Shown: positions 1-13,598, counted from the stretch's first letter. The stretch: 64,000 nucleotides of DNA from Heterodontus francisci (GCF_036365525.1 NC_090379.1:32851790-32915789); one strand, 5' to 3'. Program-made: numbers and translations. Notes: generated from the sequence alone by a model not told the origin.

Positions 1-57
1 TTAAACTTTTACAGGGTTCATAAACAATACATAGAATGTAATATACATGAAACATAG

Positions 58-245
58 TACTGCCTGTAAGGGTGATGGAAGCAGATTCAATAGTAACCTT
101 CAAAGAGAATTGGATATACACTAGAGAAAGGAAATATTTGCTGGGCAATGGGGAAAGAGCAGAGTCCTGCAACCAATAGGATAGATTTTCCAAAGCACTG
201 CCACAGACACAATGGATCTTTCCTTGGTGCTGAAAGATTCTATAG
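58..245 (+). mobile_element. CR1 LINE 3' end fragment (degenerate)
   Basis: tactgcctgtaagggtgatggaagcagattcaatagtaaccttcaaagagaattggat resembles the end of CR1 ORF2 (LP..VMEA....FKRELD) followed by a CR1-type tail. Confidence 0.5.
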
Positions 246-769
246 CACAAATTGGAGCAACTCTTTTGTATAGTGGATTGCAAACATCCCTCCAGTTAAC
301 AATTTATTTTACAGTAAGTGTCACACTTAAGTAGCACAGAGTAACAGCTACACTACAATATCTGCAAGGTGGAAGGAAAGCGGGGAATGTAATGAATTTG
401 TACTCCTGGCACACAGAATTCTGCCTACAGAAATGTTTATAGGAAATTCAGACAGAGGTTCGTGGGGCCCACAGAATGTTCTAACCATTATCTCCACTTC
501 CATTGTGCAGTGCTTTCAATTCCTAAAATGTTCTCCAAATGTGTCGAGCTGTTCAAGATGCAAATGATTTGGGGAATTTGTGACATGTTTCCATAAAACC
601 GTTCAAACTAAGAATTATCCAGACTGCTAAACCTGAAGAGGGTTGCTCAATTTAAACAAAATTAATCTATAACTGATTGGACTCATGATTTATGCAACCC
701 TTCAGGTTGAAGGATGAACTTCAAATATAATCCAGATCACATTTCCCCCACAGGTACCATTTCCAATAG

Positions 770-2050
770 GAACAGGAGTAGACCACCGAGACTGCTCCAC
801 CTTTCAGTGAGATCATGGCTGATCTCCAAACGAGCTCCATAAACCCACCTTTGTCCCAATATCCCTTAATACCTTTGGTTAACAAAAATCTATCAGTCTC
901 AGAATTAAAATTAACAATTGCCTTTTGCGGAAGTGGTCCAAACTTCTACAAACCCTTGTATAAAAAAAAGTGTTTTCCAATTTCACTCCTGAAAGGTCTG
1001 GCTCTAATTTTTTTTTTTAAAGACTGTGTTCCCGAGTCCGAAGCAAAATAAATAGTTTCTCCCCATCTATCCCCCTTAATATTTTAAACATCGATCAAAT
1101 CGCCCCTTAACCTTCTAAATTCCAGGGAATGGTTTGCACACTTCCATCTACGACAGATGATGGACACGCAGCAAACAATTCATTTAGGTGGGATGTCTTC
1201 TGTTGGTACACCTTTGCTGATCAAATCACCCCTCAACTTTCTAAATTCAAGGAAATACAACCCTAGTTGATGTAATCTCTTGTAATTCAACCCTTGGAGA
1301 CCAGGTATTGTTCAGGTAAATCTACCCTGCACTCCCTCCAAGGCCAGTATATCCTGGTCTCCAGCCAATTTCCTAACCAGCCCAATTATTTTCCTTCAAT
1401 TCAATAGGCTTCAACTTCAGCTAACAGTCTCTTATGAGTGACTTTATCAAATGCCTTCTGGAAGTCCATATAACTAACATCCATAGACATTCCCTGGTCC
1501 ACCACTTTAGTCATCCCTTTAAAACGAAGAAATCTGATTCAGTAGGCATGGCCTGCCTACTCTTTACAAATCCATGCTGGCTAAACACCTCGAAAATTTT
1601 CAATCACCCTATCCTTAATTATAGACCCCAGTAATTTCCTGTCAACAGAGGTTAGGCTAACTGGTCTATAATTCCCTGGTTTTCTTCTCATCTGTCTTAA
1701 ATAGATGAGTGACATGTGCAATTTTCCAATCTAAAAAGGAATAGTTCCCGAATCGAGAGAACTTTGGAAGTTTACAGTTAGAACATTTACAATGTTCTTG
1801 GGGATTTGTCACTCATTTTCTTTATTGTTATTTTGCTGATATTAATTTTGGTGAGTCCTTGTCCCTGATTCAATATTAGTTTCCTTGGGATGTTCGGCAT
1901 GCTGATTTCTTACTCTACTGTAAATAATTACTCAACATGTTCACCATTTCCTTATTTTCATTAACAATATCATTTATCAGTGCTTTAAGGGGCCCACATT
2001 GCTCCTGATCATCCTCTTTTTCCTAATATAATTGTAAACATTTTTTGTAT
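770..2050 (-). mobile_element. CR1 LINE fragments (3' tail and RT region)
   Basis: Minus strand carries remnants of the NYRPVSLTS, QHGF.K and YMDFQKAFDKV motifs and the CR1 tail (ctactcctgttcctat). Confidence 0.7.
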
Positions 2051-2509
2051 TACTGGTTGTGTGAGAATTTTAAAATGCCTAGACAAGCAACCACTTTATT
2101 GGACAGAGTAATTTAATTTATTTGCCCACGTCATTAGTTTTGCCTGAATAAAAATTGCAGTTATACAAAATTTAATGCTTCTTCAAACAAGAATATTGTT
2201 TTTTACTTAATTTTTTAATGCAGTGCTAATATAACAAAACCAGTTTCTAAAATGATACTCAGGACAGACATGCAGCACCAATGGCTATTATTGATCCAGG
2301 AACACCAATAGGAACAGCAGGTTAATCAAGTGGTTTTAAAGCATCATTAAGCTTTCTAAAGAGATAAAATTTTACAAGGTAAATACATAAAAGAAAAACT
2401 ATTTACCTTCTAAAGAAGAGATTGAACACACTGATTTAAGCAGTCCAACCTGCTTTACTGCACAAATCTAATGGGCTTAATAGAAGATGACCTTAAGCAA
2501 AACAAAGTT

Positions 2510-2930
2510 ACATAGAATTTACAGCACAGAAACAGGTTATTCAGCCCAACTGGTTTGAACTGGTTTTTATGCTCCACACGAGCCTCCTCCCACTCTACTT
2601 AATCTAACCCTATCAGCATAACCTTTTTATTTTTCTGTCAATTGTCTAGTTTGCCCTTAAAAGTAGCTATGACAGTCACCTCACTTACTCCATGTTCCGC
2701 ATCTTAGCTGCAGTTTGTCGATATTTCCTGAAAATAGGTATTAGAAATCAGTCTAAAAGGTCCCTTTGGACCTTTCTGCAGCTTTTGACATATGAACATA
2801 TGACTTAGGAGCAGAAGTGGCCCCTCGAGCCTTCTCCGCCATTCAATAAGATCAGGGCTGATTGGCTTGTAACCTTGACTCCACATTCCTGCCTACCGTT
2901 GATAACCTGTCACCCCCTTGCTTATCAGCA
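2510..2930 (-). mobile_element. Two short CR1 3'-tail fragments
   Basis: Similar to the tails of the other CR1 copies in the window (acagcacagaaacaggttattcagccc; gagcagaagtggcccctcgagccttctccgccattcaataagatc). Confidence 0.45.
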
Positions 2931-3156
2931 TGGGCAACCACACCACCCTACTCTGTTGTCCTTGCTTGATTGTACTCTTATTTATATCAATATAGCCAGA
3001 CCATTTTTAGCAATGGCTTCCCTTCCCACCACTGCACCATTACAATCACACAAGGAGCCAGCCTTTGCCCACCACCATCCTGCCCCCCACCCACCCCCAA
3101 CCTCATTTACTGCTCCTTGCTGAAATTATCTGAAGACATGGGGTCAAGCTTCTGAA

Positions 3157-3936
3157 TGTTATAACTGACCGCTCCAGTCAAAGCCCCCAATCAAAATATA
3201 TGATTCTGATTGTGGTGGGAGAAATGCACTGTTAATTCAATCCCGTCCCTTCACAGATCGCCTAACATTTCATTTAAAACTTTCCAAATTAAAAAAAAGA
3301 TCCAGCCAAATTGTACCATTTATTAACCCCTGAATGAGCCTAACCAAACCAGGTGTCTTTAAATCAACAAATTAACTCTTTAATTAGAAAAACTAAATTC
3401 TTAAACACCAAGATATAAACAACATTTAAAATAGAAAAGATTAAAGTCATTGAAAATTTATGCCCCTGCCAGAGGTGAAAACATCCAAGGTTGCTTGAAG
3501 TCCTCACAGCCGTCCGATGGGGAGAAAAAAGGTTCTTCAACTTAATTCCAGCAGTAAGTGATGCTTTCCTTCTCCAATGAATTTCAACAATTAACAACTT
3601 GCAAACACTTTTAATAGATCAATCTGGCTTTAGATTTTTTGAGGGATAAGATTGTTCAGTCTAACTTCCCTTCCTTCAATTTAAATTAGCTGAGCTCTCT
3701 TTTCAGGTGCTAACACAGCGGTCTGTCTGTATCCTATCTTAGAACAGACTCTTTGCACTATAAGCCAGTTCAAAATGGAATTGTCTCAGTCCGAGTGGCT
3801 GTATCCAAGGCAATGAAAATGCATCTTCTCGGTAACTCCTGAGGCCTGCTTGTTCTTAAAGTAGTACTGATCCTTTGCTGTCTTAAAGACACACCACATA
3901 CTTCCCAGAGAGAAAAAAAAAGACAGGATCATTACA
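3157..3936. mobile_element. Probable solo LTR inserted in an L2 RT fragment
   Basis: ~780-bp block starting TGTTA and ending TTACA; the flanks appear to rejoin as a degenerate L2 RT segment (..HGVSF / YGDDTQ..); no clean TSD seen. Confidence 0.45.
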
Positions 3937-4034
3937 ATATACGGTGATGATACCCAAGTGCTATCTCTCCACTGCTGCTGTATTGTTAGACTGCTTGTCC
4001 AACAGCCAGTCTTCAACAAACTGCAATTTCAGTG

Positions 4035-4392
4035 TTAGCCATGGCTTAGTTGGTAGCAGTCTTGCCAGAGTCAGTTATATGTTCACATGCCACTCCAGAG
4101 ACTGAAGTACAAAAATTTAAGCTGATACTCCAGTGCAGTACTGAGCAGACGTCTTTTAGATGAGGCTCTGCTACTCTTTCAGGTTGATGCAAAATTTCCC
4201 ATAGCACTATTTTGAACAAGATCAGGAGGGTTATCCTGTGCCTTGGGCAATATTTATCCCTCAATCAGGATTAAAAAAGCAGATTATTTGGTCATCATCA
4301 TACTGCTGTTTGTGGGAGTTTGCTATGTGTAAATTGGCTCTTACAACACTGACTACACTTCAAAAAAGTATTTCATTGGCTGTAAAGTGTGG
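4035..4392 (+). mobile_element. Deu-domain tRNA-SINE (SacSINE1/AmnSINE1-like)
   Basis: tRNA-like head tggcttagttggtag, Deu-like core (tcaggttgatgcaaaatttcccatagcactattttgaa...gggcaatatttatccctcaa), tail cattggctgtaaagtg. Confidence 0.65.
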
Positions 4393-4603
4393 ATGCAAAT
4401 GGAGTGCACTGTAAACTGAATGTAAAAGTTGGAACTTGAAGAGTGGAAATTCTCTGACAAGTGGATTTCAGAACTGAAATCTAGTTCATCATGTTAAATT
4501 TAACTTAGAATTTTAAAAACTGTAAAAGAAACTGCAAGCTAGTTAACAGAAACTGCCTGTCAATACTAGTTAACTGTCAATCAGCTGTAATGATCATCTA
4601 AAT

Positions 4604-4945
4604 GGGCGGCACAGTGGTTAGCACCGCAGCCTCACAGCTCCAGCGACCCGGGTTCAATTCTGGGTACTGCCTGTGTGGAGTTTGCAAGTTCTCCCTGTAT
4701 CTGCGTGGGTTTCCTCCGGTTTCCTCCCACATGCCAAAGACTTGCAGGCTGATAGGTAAATTGGCCATTATAAATTGCCCCTAGTATAGGTAGGTGGTAG
4801 AGAAATATAGGGACAGGTGAGGATGTGGTAGGAATATGGAATTAGTGTAGGATTAGTATAAATGGGTGGTTGATGGTCGGCACAGACTCGGTGGGCCGAA
4901 GGGCCTGTTTCAGTGCTGTATCTCTAAATAAAAAATAAATAAATA
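4604..4945 (+). mobile_element. HE1-like V-SINE
   Basis: gggcggcacagtggttagc head, B box gggttcaattc, V-domain-like core, CR1-type tail gggccgaagggcctgtttcagtgctgtatctctaa and A-rich end; near-identical copies at 12845 and 37815. Confidence 0.85.
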
Positions 4946-4954
4946 GGTTCTAAT

Positions 4955-5848
4955 TACTGTGAGCACTTGTAACTTGGGTGTGCCTCAAAAAAGGTGTATA
5001 CAAGTAAACAGTACCTTCTGATGCACAGAGTGATTATAAACTGAGTAAATTGTAGAGTGTAAAAGTTGGAAATTTGGCGAGAATGGAGAGTTCGATGCAG
5101 AGGGGATGAAAGAGGTGCCGATTTTTGCCTCCAATTCTTTTAATGGTCCACGTAATCTTCAGACAGTAAGTATTTAACATTTTTGTCCAATATTTTAGTG
5201 CTTAGGGCAAGTTAGCTTGTAGGGGAAAAAAAAAACCTACCAACTAAGGAGATATAAATAATCTAGGAAAAGAAAGAAATAGCAGAGCAGGTTGTGGAAG
5301 TTTGCGGACAGCAAGACTGTCCTGCGTGAACATATTTGCAGTAGATGTATTTGTCTTGAATCTCTCTTAGTTGAGCTGGAGTGCGAGTTGGAGACACCAA
5401 CATATAAGGCAGGGGAGCAGTATCGTGTCAGTTTACTCCATAGCTTGGTCATACCTCAGAAAGGGTGCAGGAGGGTTGGTGTGACCAACAACGTACAGAG
5501 CAAGGAGAACAAGGACCACAGAAGCTGATCTTACCCAACGGGTATAATATACCTGGTACCTGTGAGGATAAGGATAAAGATGGTCAGGATAGCCAGAATG
5601 CAGACCGTGGCACTTTGGAGTAGAAAGTGTCCGAAAGGGAGAGGTGAAAAACCATAATGTGGTATATGTAGGCAATTCAACAATTACGGGGATGGATAGC
5701 ATCCTTTGTAAGCAGGATAAAGTGTCATACATGGTATGTTGCCTACCTGTTGGAGGGTGAGGGACATCTCAAACTGCTTGAAAGGATATTGGAAAGAGAA
5801 GGGAAGGGTCTAGTCATTGTGGTCCATGTCGAGTCCAACAACAACAAC
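4955..5848 (+). mobile_element. Old CR1 LINE, 5' part with ORF1 remnants (Zn finger, esterase)
   Basis: HICSRCICLESL and VVYVGNSTITGMD resemble the CR1 ORF1 zinc finger and SGNH-esterase GDS motif; the sequence resumes after the nested insert at ~7984. Confidence 0.6.
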
Positions 5849-7983
5849 TTAAAGGGATGACAGTGAATAGGCTATGGCAAACATTCAAAGAGCACATGAA
5901 TGAACTGCAACAATTGTTAATTCCTGTCTGGCGCAAAAGTAAAATGGGAAAGGTAGCCAAACCATGGCTTACAAAGGAAAATTAGAGATAGCATTAGATC
6001 CAAGGAAGAGGCATACAAATTCACCAGAAAAAACAGCAGACCTGAGGATTGGGAGCAGTTTAGAATTCAGCAAAGGAGGACTAAGGGATTGATTAAGAAG
6101 AGGAAAATAGAATACGAGAGTAAGCTTGCGGGGAACATAAAAACTGACTGTAAAAGTTTCTATAGGTATGTGAAGAGAAAAAGATTGGTGAAGACAAATG
6201 TAGGTCCCTTACAGTCAGAAACAGTGGAATTTATTATGGGGAACAAAAATGGCTGACCAACTAAACGCATACTTTGGTTCTGCCTTCACAAAGGAGGACA
6301 CAAATATCATACCAGAAATGTTAGGGAACACAGGATTTAGAGAGAGGAACGAACTGAAGGAAATCAGTATCAGTAGAGAAATGGTGTTGGGGAAATTGAT
6401 GGGATTGAAGGCCAATAAATCCCCAGGGTCTGATAATCTACATCCCAGAGTACTTAAGGAAGTGGCCCTAGAAACAGTGGATGCATTGGTGGTCATCTTC
6501 CAAGATTCTACAGACTCTGGAACAGTTCCTACAGATTAGAGGGTAGCTAATATAACCCCACTATTTAAAAAGGGAGGTAGTGAGAAAACAGGGAATTATA
6601 GACCAGTCAGCCTGATGTCAGGAGTGGGGAAAATTCTAGAGTCCATTATAGCAGACCACTTACAGAACAGTGGTAGAATTGGGTACAGTCAGCATGGATT
6701 TACAAAAGGGAAATCATGCTTGACAAATCTACTAGAATTCTTGAAGAATGTAACTAGTACAGTTGATGAGGGGGAGCCAGTGGATGTGGTTTATCTGGAC
6801 TTTCAGAAGGCTTTCGACAAAGTCCCACATAAGAGATTAGCGTGTAAAATTAAAGCGCATGGAATTGGGGGGTAGTGTATTGCGATGGATAGAAAATTGG
6901 TTGGTAGACAGGAAACAAAGAGCAGGAATAAACAGGTCTTTTTCCAAATGGCAGGCAGTGACTAGTGGGGTACCGCAGGGATCGGTGCTAGGACCCCAGC
7001 TATTCCCAATATATATTAATGATTTAGATGACGGAACTAAATGTAATATCTCCAAAGTTGCAGATGACACAAAATTGGGTGGGAGGGTGAGTTGTGAGGA
7101 GGATGCAGAGAGGCTTCAGGGTGATTTGGACAAGTTCAGTGAGTGGGCTAATGCATGGCAGATGCAGTATAATGTGGATAAATGTGAGGTTATCCACTTT
7201 GGTAGCAAAAACAGGAAGGCAGATTATCTGAACGGCTATAAACTGAGAGGGGGGTGGAATATGCAACGAGACCTGGGTGTTCTCGTACACCAGTCACTCA
7301 AGGTAAGCATGCAGGTGCAACAGGCGATAAAAAAAGCAAATGGTATGTTGGCCTTCATAGCGAGAGGATTCAAGTACAGGAGCAGGGCTTTCTTGCTGCA
7401 ATTATACAGGGCCTTGGTGTGGCCACACCAGGAATATGGTGTGCAGTTTTGGTCTCCTAATCTGAGGAAGGATGTTCTTGCTATAGAGGGAGTGCAGCGA
7501 AGGTTTACCAGACTTATATCCTGGGATGGCAGGACTGACGTATGAGGAGAAATTGAGTCGGTTAGGATTATATTCGCTGGAGTTCAGAAGAGTGAGGAAG
7601 GATCTCATAGAACCCTATAAAATTCTAACAGGACTTGACAAGGTAGATGCAGGAAGGATGTTCCCGATGTAGGGGAGTCCATAACCAGGGGTCATAGTCT
7701 AAGAATACGGGGTAGACCTTTCAGAACTGAGATGAGGAAAAATTACTTCACCCAGAGAGTGGTGAGCCTGTGGAATTTGCTACCACAGAAAGCAGTTGAG
7801 GCCAAAACATTGTGTGTTTTCAAGAAAAACTAAGATATAGCTCTTGGGGCGAAAGGGATCAAAGGATATGGGGAGAAAGCGGGAACAGGTTACTGAATTG
7901 GATGATCAGCCATGATCATAATGAATGGCGGAGCAGGCTCAAAGGGCTGAATGGCCTACTCCTGCTCCTATTTTCTATGTTTT
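5849..7983 (+). mobile_element. 5'-truncated CR1 LINE (RT domain), nested insertion
   Basis: ORFs 6249-6539, 6615-6875 and 6859-7545 give KSPGSD, QHGFTKGKSCLTNL, YLDFQKAFDKVPH, GVPQGSVLGP, VADD; 3' tail ggcctactcctgctcctattttctatgtt. Confidence 0.92.
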
Positions 7984-9545
7984 TAGAATAGAAAAGACCA
8001 GATAAGAGGTCCTGTTTGGGAAGTACCAGGAACTAGGAGCTAAATTAAAAAGCACAGGATTTCAAGGGTTAGAAGGTCTGAATTATTACATAAGCCACCT
8101 GCAAATTGGCATAGCGATAAGTACAATAGTGAGGTGAACATGTAGCTAAAGGAGTGCTTGTGGTAAAGAGGGGTTCCATTTCATGGGGCACTGACACCAG
8201 TACTGGAACACGAAGCAACTGTAACATTGGGATGGGCTCCACCTGAACCAGGGTCCTAGCAGGATTTATAAATCAGGCAGTCAAAAGGACTTCAAACTAG
8301 TAAATGGGAAGGTGGGGGATGGGGGTAAGGTCTCAGGTGAAAAAGGTAGTATTACTAATAGTTTGAAAACAAAGGGAAGAGAGAGTTGAACAGTCAGAAA
8401 TTGTACTTTAGGCACAAGAGTTAGAGGTAAAGGGAAACTAAACAATGGAGAGTGATTAAACCAAGAATGAAATAAGAAATGTTTGAGTAAAACATTAAAG
8501 CAGAAGGACAAATTAGGGTCTGTGGCCCAAATAAGCATTTTTTATGCAGAAGCACAGAATATAAGGAACAAAATGAATGAATTCCAGGCATAGATTCAAC
8601 TTGGAGGGTATTCCACAGTAGCCATTACTGAGACATGGCTGCAATACGGTCAAGAATGGGAACTAAATATACCAGGTTATAAGGTCTATAGGAAAGATAG
8701 GGAAAATGGTAGCGGGCAAGAGTAGCCTTAAGAATGAAAATCATTTCAATGATAGAGATTATAGCAAGAGATAAGCAGGCAGTGGAGACGTTATGGGTAT
8801 AATTAAATAATAGAAGAGGATTTAAGACTGTAGCAGGAGTTGTGTGTAGACCCCCTGGTAGCAACTGTGAAGTGGTAGACTATATAAATGCAGACATTAG
8901 ACAAGCAAGGCAGAGCGATTTTAACTTTCATAGATCAGGATAAGTAGACTAGCACATGTCAGAGCGGTGGTGAATTTCTGGAGGGTGTTCGAGATGGTTT
9001 TCTGTAACAATATGTCCTAGAACCAACAAGGGGGCATGCTATATTAGCTTGAGTAATGAGTCAGATTTGGTTAACAGCCGAACGTGAACCTACGTTATCT
9101 AATAGCGATCATAATATGATTGTGTTAAACTTGTTTGGAAGGGAGAAATGCGCAACAGCTACTAGGATTCTAGATTTTGCTAAGGCTGACTTCAATTCAA
9201 TGTGACAGACTGTCCACAGTAAACTGGGCAAATCCATGAATGGGAGAGGAAAAAAAAGGTATCCTAAAAAAGAATTCAACGTGATCTACTTGCCAAAAAA
9301 ACAAAGCCATGGATGACTAAAAAGAGGGAAGAGACAACAAAAATTAAAAAGCATACAAAACTGCCAAATAAAGCACAGACCCTGGTGAGTGGGAGAAATA
9401 CAAAGAAGAGCAAACGGTGACAAAACAATAGGAAGAGTTACGAAAGGGAGTATGAAAAGAAACTTGCAAAGGATATCAAAATTAACACAAAAATTATTTC
9501 CAATATTAGGAAAAAGAGGGTGTTTAAGAGCAATGTGGACCCCTT
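7984..9545 (+). mobile_element. Old CR1 LINE, end of ORF1 and APE endonuclease region
   Basis: Degenerate esterase end (GLHLN), then AITETWL, NIPGYK and PTRGHA motifs with many stops and frameshifts. Confidence 0.7.
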
Positions 9546-11351
9546 AACCCCCTCCCTCTGGTTTCTTACCCTCCTCAATCTTTTCATTGAGATCTGCCGG
9601 CAGGATATCAGCAGTCTCAATTTCTCTGCTCCCCTCACTTGCTCTAACCCGTCTCCCTCTGAACTTGCAGCACTCTTCTCTCAACCCTAACATGGTCAGC
9701 AAACCTGCTGTTGTTGTTTGGCATACCAACCTCTACTTAGCAGAGGCCAACTTGGACACTTCCTTCTACCTCCCCCTGGACTTATGACTCCACTAATAGA
9801 ACATTAAGCCATTGTTTCCAGTACTGTTACTGATCCCATCTCCTCTGGAGATCTTCCCTCCATGACGTCTAACCTCAAACAGCCTGATTCTACCTCCTTC
9901 CCAAGATCCACAAACAGGATTGCCCTGGTAGACCCATCATTTCGGCCTGTTCCTGTCACATTGAACTGATTTCTTCCTATCGCGACTCTATTTTTCCTCC
10001 CCTTGCCCACTCTCTTCCCACCTATATCCATGACTTCCAATGCTCTCCGTCACTAACAGTTTCCTGGCCCTCACCATCTCCTATTCACCATGGATGTCCA
10101 ATCTCTCTACACCTCCGTCCCCAACATGACTGTCTGAGGGCTCTCCACTTCTTCCTTGACCAGAGGCCCAACCAGTCCCCATCCACCACCACCCACCTCC
10201 TTCTCCTCTGCCTGGCTGAACTTGTTCTCATATTGAACAACTTCTCCTTCAACTCCACTCACTTCCTCCAAATAAAGTGTGTTGCTATGGGTCCTAGCTA
10301 TGCCTGCCATTTTGTAGGATGTATGGATCATTCTTTGTTCCAGTCCTACCTGGGCCCCCTCCCTCATCTCTTTCTGGTATATTGATGACTGTATTGGTGC
10401 AGTTTCCTGCTCTCACCCTGAACTGGAAAATTTCAATTGACTTTGCTTCCAATTTCCACACTTCTCTCATCTTCACATGGTCCATCTCCGACTCTTCCCT
10501 TCCTTAACTTCTCTGTCTCCATTTCTGGGGATAGGTTCTCAACCAATATTCACTATAAGCCCACCGACTTCCACACCTTGACCATACATCCTCACACCCC
10601 ATTTCCTGTAAGGACTCAATTTCATTCTCCCAGTTTCTCCATCTCATCTATTCAGACAATGCAACCTTCCATACTATCGCTTCTGATATGTCTTCCTATT
10701 TCCTCAACCGAGGATTCCCCACCACCCCAACTGTGGTTGACAAAACCTTTGACCGTGTCCGTTCCATTTTACGTACTTCTGCTCTCACCCCTTCCCTTCC
10801 CCTCCCTCCCAAGAACCATGATAGGGTTCCCTTTGTCCTGACTTTCCACTCCACCAGCCTCCGTATTCAACAGATCAGCCTCTGCCATTTCCATCACCTC
10901 CACCAAATACATCTTCCCCTCCCCTCCCTTTTTAGAATGCTGAAAGGGACAGTCTCCTCTGCACCACCCTGGTCCACACCTCAGTCAACTCCAACACGCC
11001 CTTCCTTTCCTACAGCAACTTTCCATGTAAGCACAGGAGATGCAACACCTGCCCAAATCACCTCCCTTTTCACTATCCAAGGCCCCAAACACTCCTCCCA
11101 AGTTAAAAATGCGATTTATTTGTACTTCTTTCAATTTAATATGCTCACAAAGTGGGTCTCCTCTACATTGGGGAGACTAATCACAGACCGAGTGACTGCT
11201 TTGCGGAACGCCTCCATTCAGTCCGCCAGCAAGACCCCGAGCTTCCAGTCACCTGTCATTTTAATTCTTCACCCTGCTCCCACTCCGACTTTTCTGTCCT
11301 TGGCCTGCTATGACGTTCCAATGAAGCTCAACACAAGTTCAAGAAACAGCT
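9546..11351 (+). mobile_element. Degenerate Penelope-like element (RT + partial GIY-YIG)
   Basis: Colinear with the 46771-50098 copy: LPKIHK, FTMDVQSLYTS, YIDDC, IHYKPTD, YIGET; no pseudo-LTR retained. Confidence 0.85.
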
Positions 11352-12497
11352 AAAGTTGAAACTCATGGAATTGAAGGTAAATTATTGATCTGGTTCGGAA
11401 ATTGGCTGAGCGGCAGCAGACGGAAATTAGAGATCATGAGCAGATATTCTAATTGGCAGGACGTTACCAGCGTTGTCCCGCAAGGATGTGTGTTGGAGCC
11501 TCAACTATTCACTGTATTTTTTTTATTTATTTAGATGATGGGATAGAAAGCCTCGTATTCAAGTTTGCTGATGGCACCAAAATATACACCATTTTAAGCA
11601 GTGCAGTTGGAAGCATAACATTACAAAAACAAAGATTAATAGATTAAGTGAATGGGGAAAACTGCAGCAAATGGATTTCAATGTCGGCAAATGTGAGGTC
11701 ATCCACTTTGAATCTAATAATAGAGCAGAGTATTTTCCATATGGTAAAAAGCTAGAAACACTGTAGGCCCAAAGAGACTTGGGGGTCCAGGTAAATAGAT
11801 CACTACAATATCACAGGCAGGTTTAGAAATTAATCAAAAAGGCTAATGGAATGCTGGCCTTTATATCTATAGGGCTAGAATACAGGGGGGGGGGGGGGGG
11901 GGTGGGTAGGAGACATACTTCAGCTATACAAAGTTCTAGTTGGACCACACCTGGAGTACTGTGAGCAGTTCTGGGCACTGCACCTTAGGAAGGATATATT
12001 GGCCTTAGAGGGAGTGCAGCATAGATTTATTAGAATGTTACCTAGTCTCCAAGGGTTAAATTACAAGGAAAGATTACAAAAACTAGTGTTGTGTTCCCTG
12101 GAATTTAGAAGGTTACGGGGCGATTTGATTGATGTTTTCAAGATATTAAGGGGAACAAATAGGGTCAATAGGGAGAGAATCTACTTCTACTGGTCGGGGA
12201 ATCTAGGACTAGGGAACGTAGTATCAAAATTAGAGCCAGACCTTTCAGGAGTGAAATTAGGAAACACTTCTATGCACAAAGGGTGGCAGAAGGTGGAATT
12301 CTCTTTAGTAAATAGTATTTGATGCTAGATCAATTGTTAATTTTAAATCTGAGATTGATAATATCTTTGGTTAACAAAAATCTAAGGGATGTGGCGCAAA
12401 AGCAGGTATATGGAGTTAGGCCATAGATCAGCCATGATCTCACTGAGTGGTAGAACAAGCACAAGGGACTAAATGGCCTACTCCTGTTCCTATGTAA
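11352..12497 (+). mobile_element. Old CR1 LINE, RT C-terminal part and 3' tail
   Basis: KFADGTK, HLEYCEQFW and LEFRRLRGDLI motifs; tail ggcctactcctgttcctatgtaa. Confidence 0.8.
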
Positions 12498-12844
12498 GGC
12501 ACTTTGTGACATCCATCACCCTTGACCTTCAATAAACTCACAGCCAAGGCCTTGCAAGGTCATGCTTTGGAGAAAGTATTTTGAGCTGTACTACACTAGG
12601 CTAAAGCAATAATGCTTATATGTCAGTCACGGCTGACAGGTACAATCTGAGGTACTAAGTAATCACACAAAAACCCATTTGATAATTAAGTATATTTCCT
12701 AGTGTATGGGTACCAATAACATAAAAATAAACTTCAATCCCTTTCACATTTTTATGTAAAATAAATACCTTTCCTTTTGATCCTTCAGCTCAGTTGATTC
12801 CAACAACAATCGGATAACTATTATTTAAGAATAGGCATTTAAAA

Positions 12845-13200
12845 GGGCGGCACAGTGGCGCAGTGGTTAGCACTGCAGCCTCACAGCTCCAGGGACCCGG
12901 GTTCAATTCCGGGTACTGCCTGTGTGGAGTTTGCAAGTTCTCCCTGTGTCTGCGTGGGTTTTCTCCGGGTGCTCCGGTTTCCTCCCACAAGCCAAAAGAC
13001 TTGCAGGTTGATAGGTAAATTGGCCATTATAAATTGTCACTAGTATAGGTAGGTGGTAGGGAAATATAGGGACAGGTGGGGATGTTTGGTCGGAATATGG
13101 GATTAGTGTAGGATTAGTATAAATGGGTGGTTGATGTTCGGCACAGACTCGGTGGGCCGAAGGGCCTGTTTCAGTGCTGTATCTCTAATCTAAAAAAAAA
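12845..13200 (+). mobile_element. HE1-like V-SINE (full length)
   Basis: A box tggcgcagtgg, B box gggttcaattcc, CR1-type 3' tail and poly(A). Confidence 0.9.
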
Positions 13201-13450
13201 GCTAACTTGAATCATCCTTATTTTCTAATGACCAGATAATAACAATCCATTTTACTTTCTCCATTTGGAGCTGATGGAATATGGAATGCTTTTGCCACAA
13301 GGAATAGTGGAGGCAGAGAGACTATTGCATCTAAGAGAAAAAGATAAATATTTGAAGCAGACGATACAAGACTGCAGGGAGAGGTCGGCAGAACTGTTTT
13401 GCTGACAAGCAATGAGCTATGGTTCCAAAATGAAAGGTCATTAGACTTAC

Positions 13451-13504
13451 CCTTCCATGGAACCAGTCTTCACACACAACACACTGAATCATTTCATCGG
13501 GGGT
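13451..13504 (-). CDS. UBR7: UBR7 coding exon 5 (PHD-like finger)
   Basis: 54 nt, ag/gtaagt boundaries, TPDEMIQCVVCEDWFHGR. Confidence 0.95.
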
Positions 13505-13598
13505 CTAGAAAAATAATACACAGGTTCAATGAGGGACCAGCCTTGCCTTATAGTTTAAATTTGCAGCGCTACCAAGACCCAGTTTCTGAATATCTTAC

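Noticed and set aside
11884-11905. Long G homopolymer (similar runs near 19251, 25361 and 59370)
   Set aside because: Simple mononucleotide runs of uncertain length with no further structure
12845-12915. tRNA gene
   Set aside because: The A and B boxes belong to a SINE head that continues into SINE body and LINE-derived tail; the same applies at 4604 and 38173
1-13450. UBR7 exon 6 and later exons
   Set aside because: No segment encoding the expected continuation was found by eye; probably outside the window
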